From sequence record MZ417521: DNA of 64,000 nt, one strand, 5' to 3'. The notes below the pieces were generated by a model that had not been told where the DNA came from, made no database searches, and saw only the letters and a program-made list of their open reading frames with translations. Origin of the DNA: Escherichia phage 132. Made by a program: the position numbers and the translations under genes. Positions 60,607 through 64,000 of the stretch are shown in pieces (position 1 is the first letter of the stretch; every line of letters starts with the position of its first letter).

Positions 60607-60634
60607 CTAATTAAAGCCCAGATTAGGAGAAATC

Positions 60635-63775
<3,141 letters not shown>

Positions 63776-63804
63776 TATTAAAGCATATTAAAGAGGATTA
63801 AAAA

Positions 63805-64000
63805 TGACTTTATTATCTCCGGGCATTGAGCTCAAAGAAACTACGGTTCAAAGCACCGTGGTTAATAACTCTACTGGTACAGCAGCTTTGGCCGGTAAAT
63901 TCCAGTGGGGTCCTGCTTTTCAGATCAAACAGGTTACAAATGAAGTAGATTTAGTTAATACTTTTGGTCAACCTACAGCTGAAACTGCTGACTATTTTAT
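63805..64000 (+). CDS. 18: Tail sheath protein gp18, N-terminal fragment (continues past window end)
   Basis: ATG at 63805 after AAGAGGA SD; MTLLSPGIELKETTVQSTVVNNSTG...; TATAAATA late promoter at 63768. Confidence 0.85.

Overview
This window is a contiguous piece of a T4-like (T-even, Tevenvirinae) myovirus genome, colinear with phage T4 from gene 46 to gene 18. It is not T4 itself: the lysozyme differs from the T4 sequence as I recall it at several positions, there are two extra tRNAs and extra internal-protein genes. Positions 1-43,200 are the early/middle region, almost entirely on the minus strand: 46 (partial), 47, a-gt, 55, nrdH, nrdG, nrdD, 49, nrdC, a long run of small accessory ORFs, rI, tk, regB, a GrcA-like gene, internal proteins, denV, e, nudE, a 10-tRNA cluster, 57B (Acb1-like), 57A, 1, 3, 2, 4. 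This region carries at least 17 copies of one conserved sigma70-type early promoter (GTTTAC, 18-bp spacer, extended -10) and a family of UUCG-loop terminators. Positions 43,200-64,000 are late baseplate, tail, neck and terminase genes on the plus strand (53, 5, 5.4, 6-12, wac, 13-17, 18 partial) with TATAAATA late promoters. There is no CRISPR array and no rRNA. The best candidates for undescribed biology are: six genes carrying the capsid-targeting N-terminus of injected internal proteins (two loci), a tandem array of four paralogous coiled-coil proteins, an AAA+ ATPase / homing endonuclease / MNT-like nucleotidyltransferase cluster, a macro-domain protein, and Acb1/Acb2-position counter-defence genes. 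None of these is proven; all functional calls rest on motif recognition and synteny. Coordinates of promoters, terminators and tRNAs were hand-counted and may be off by 1-2 nt.
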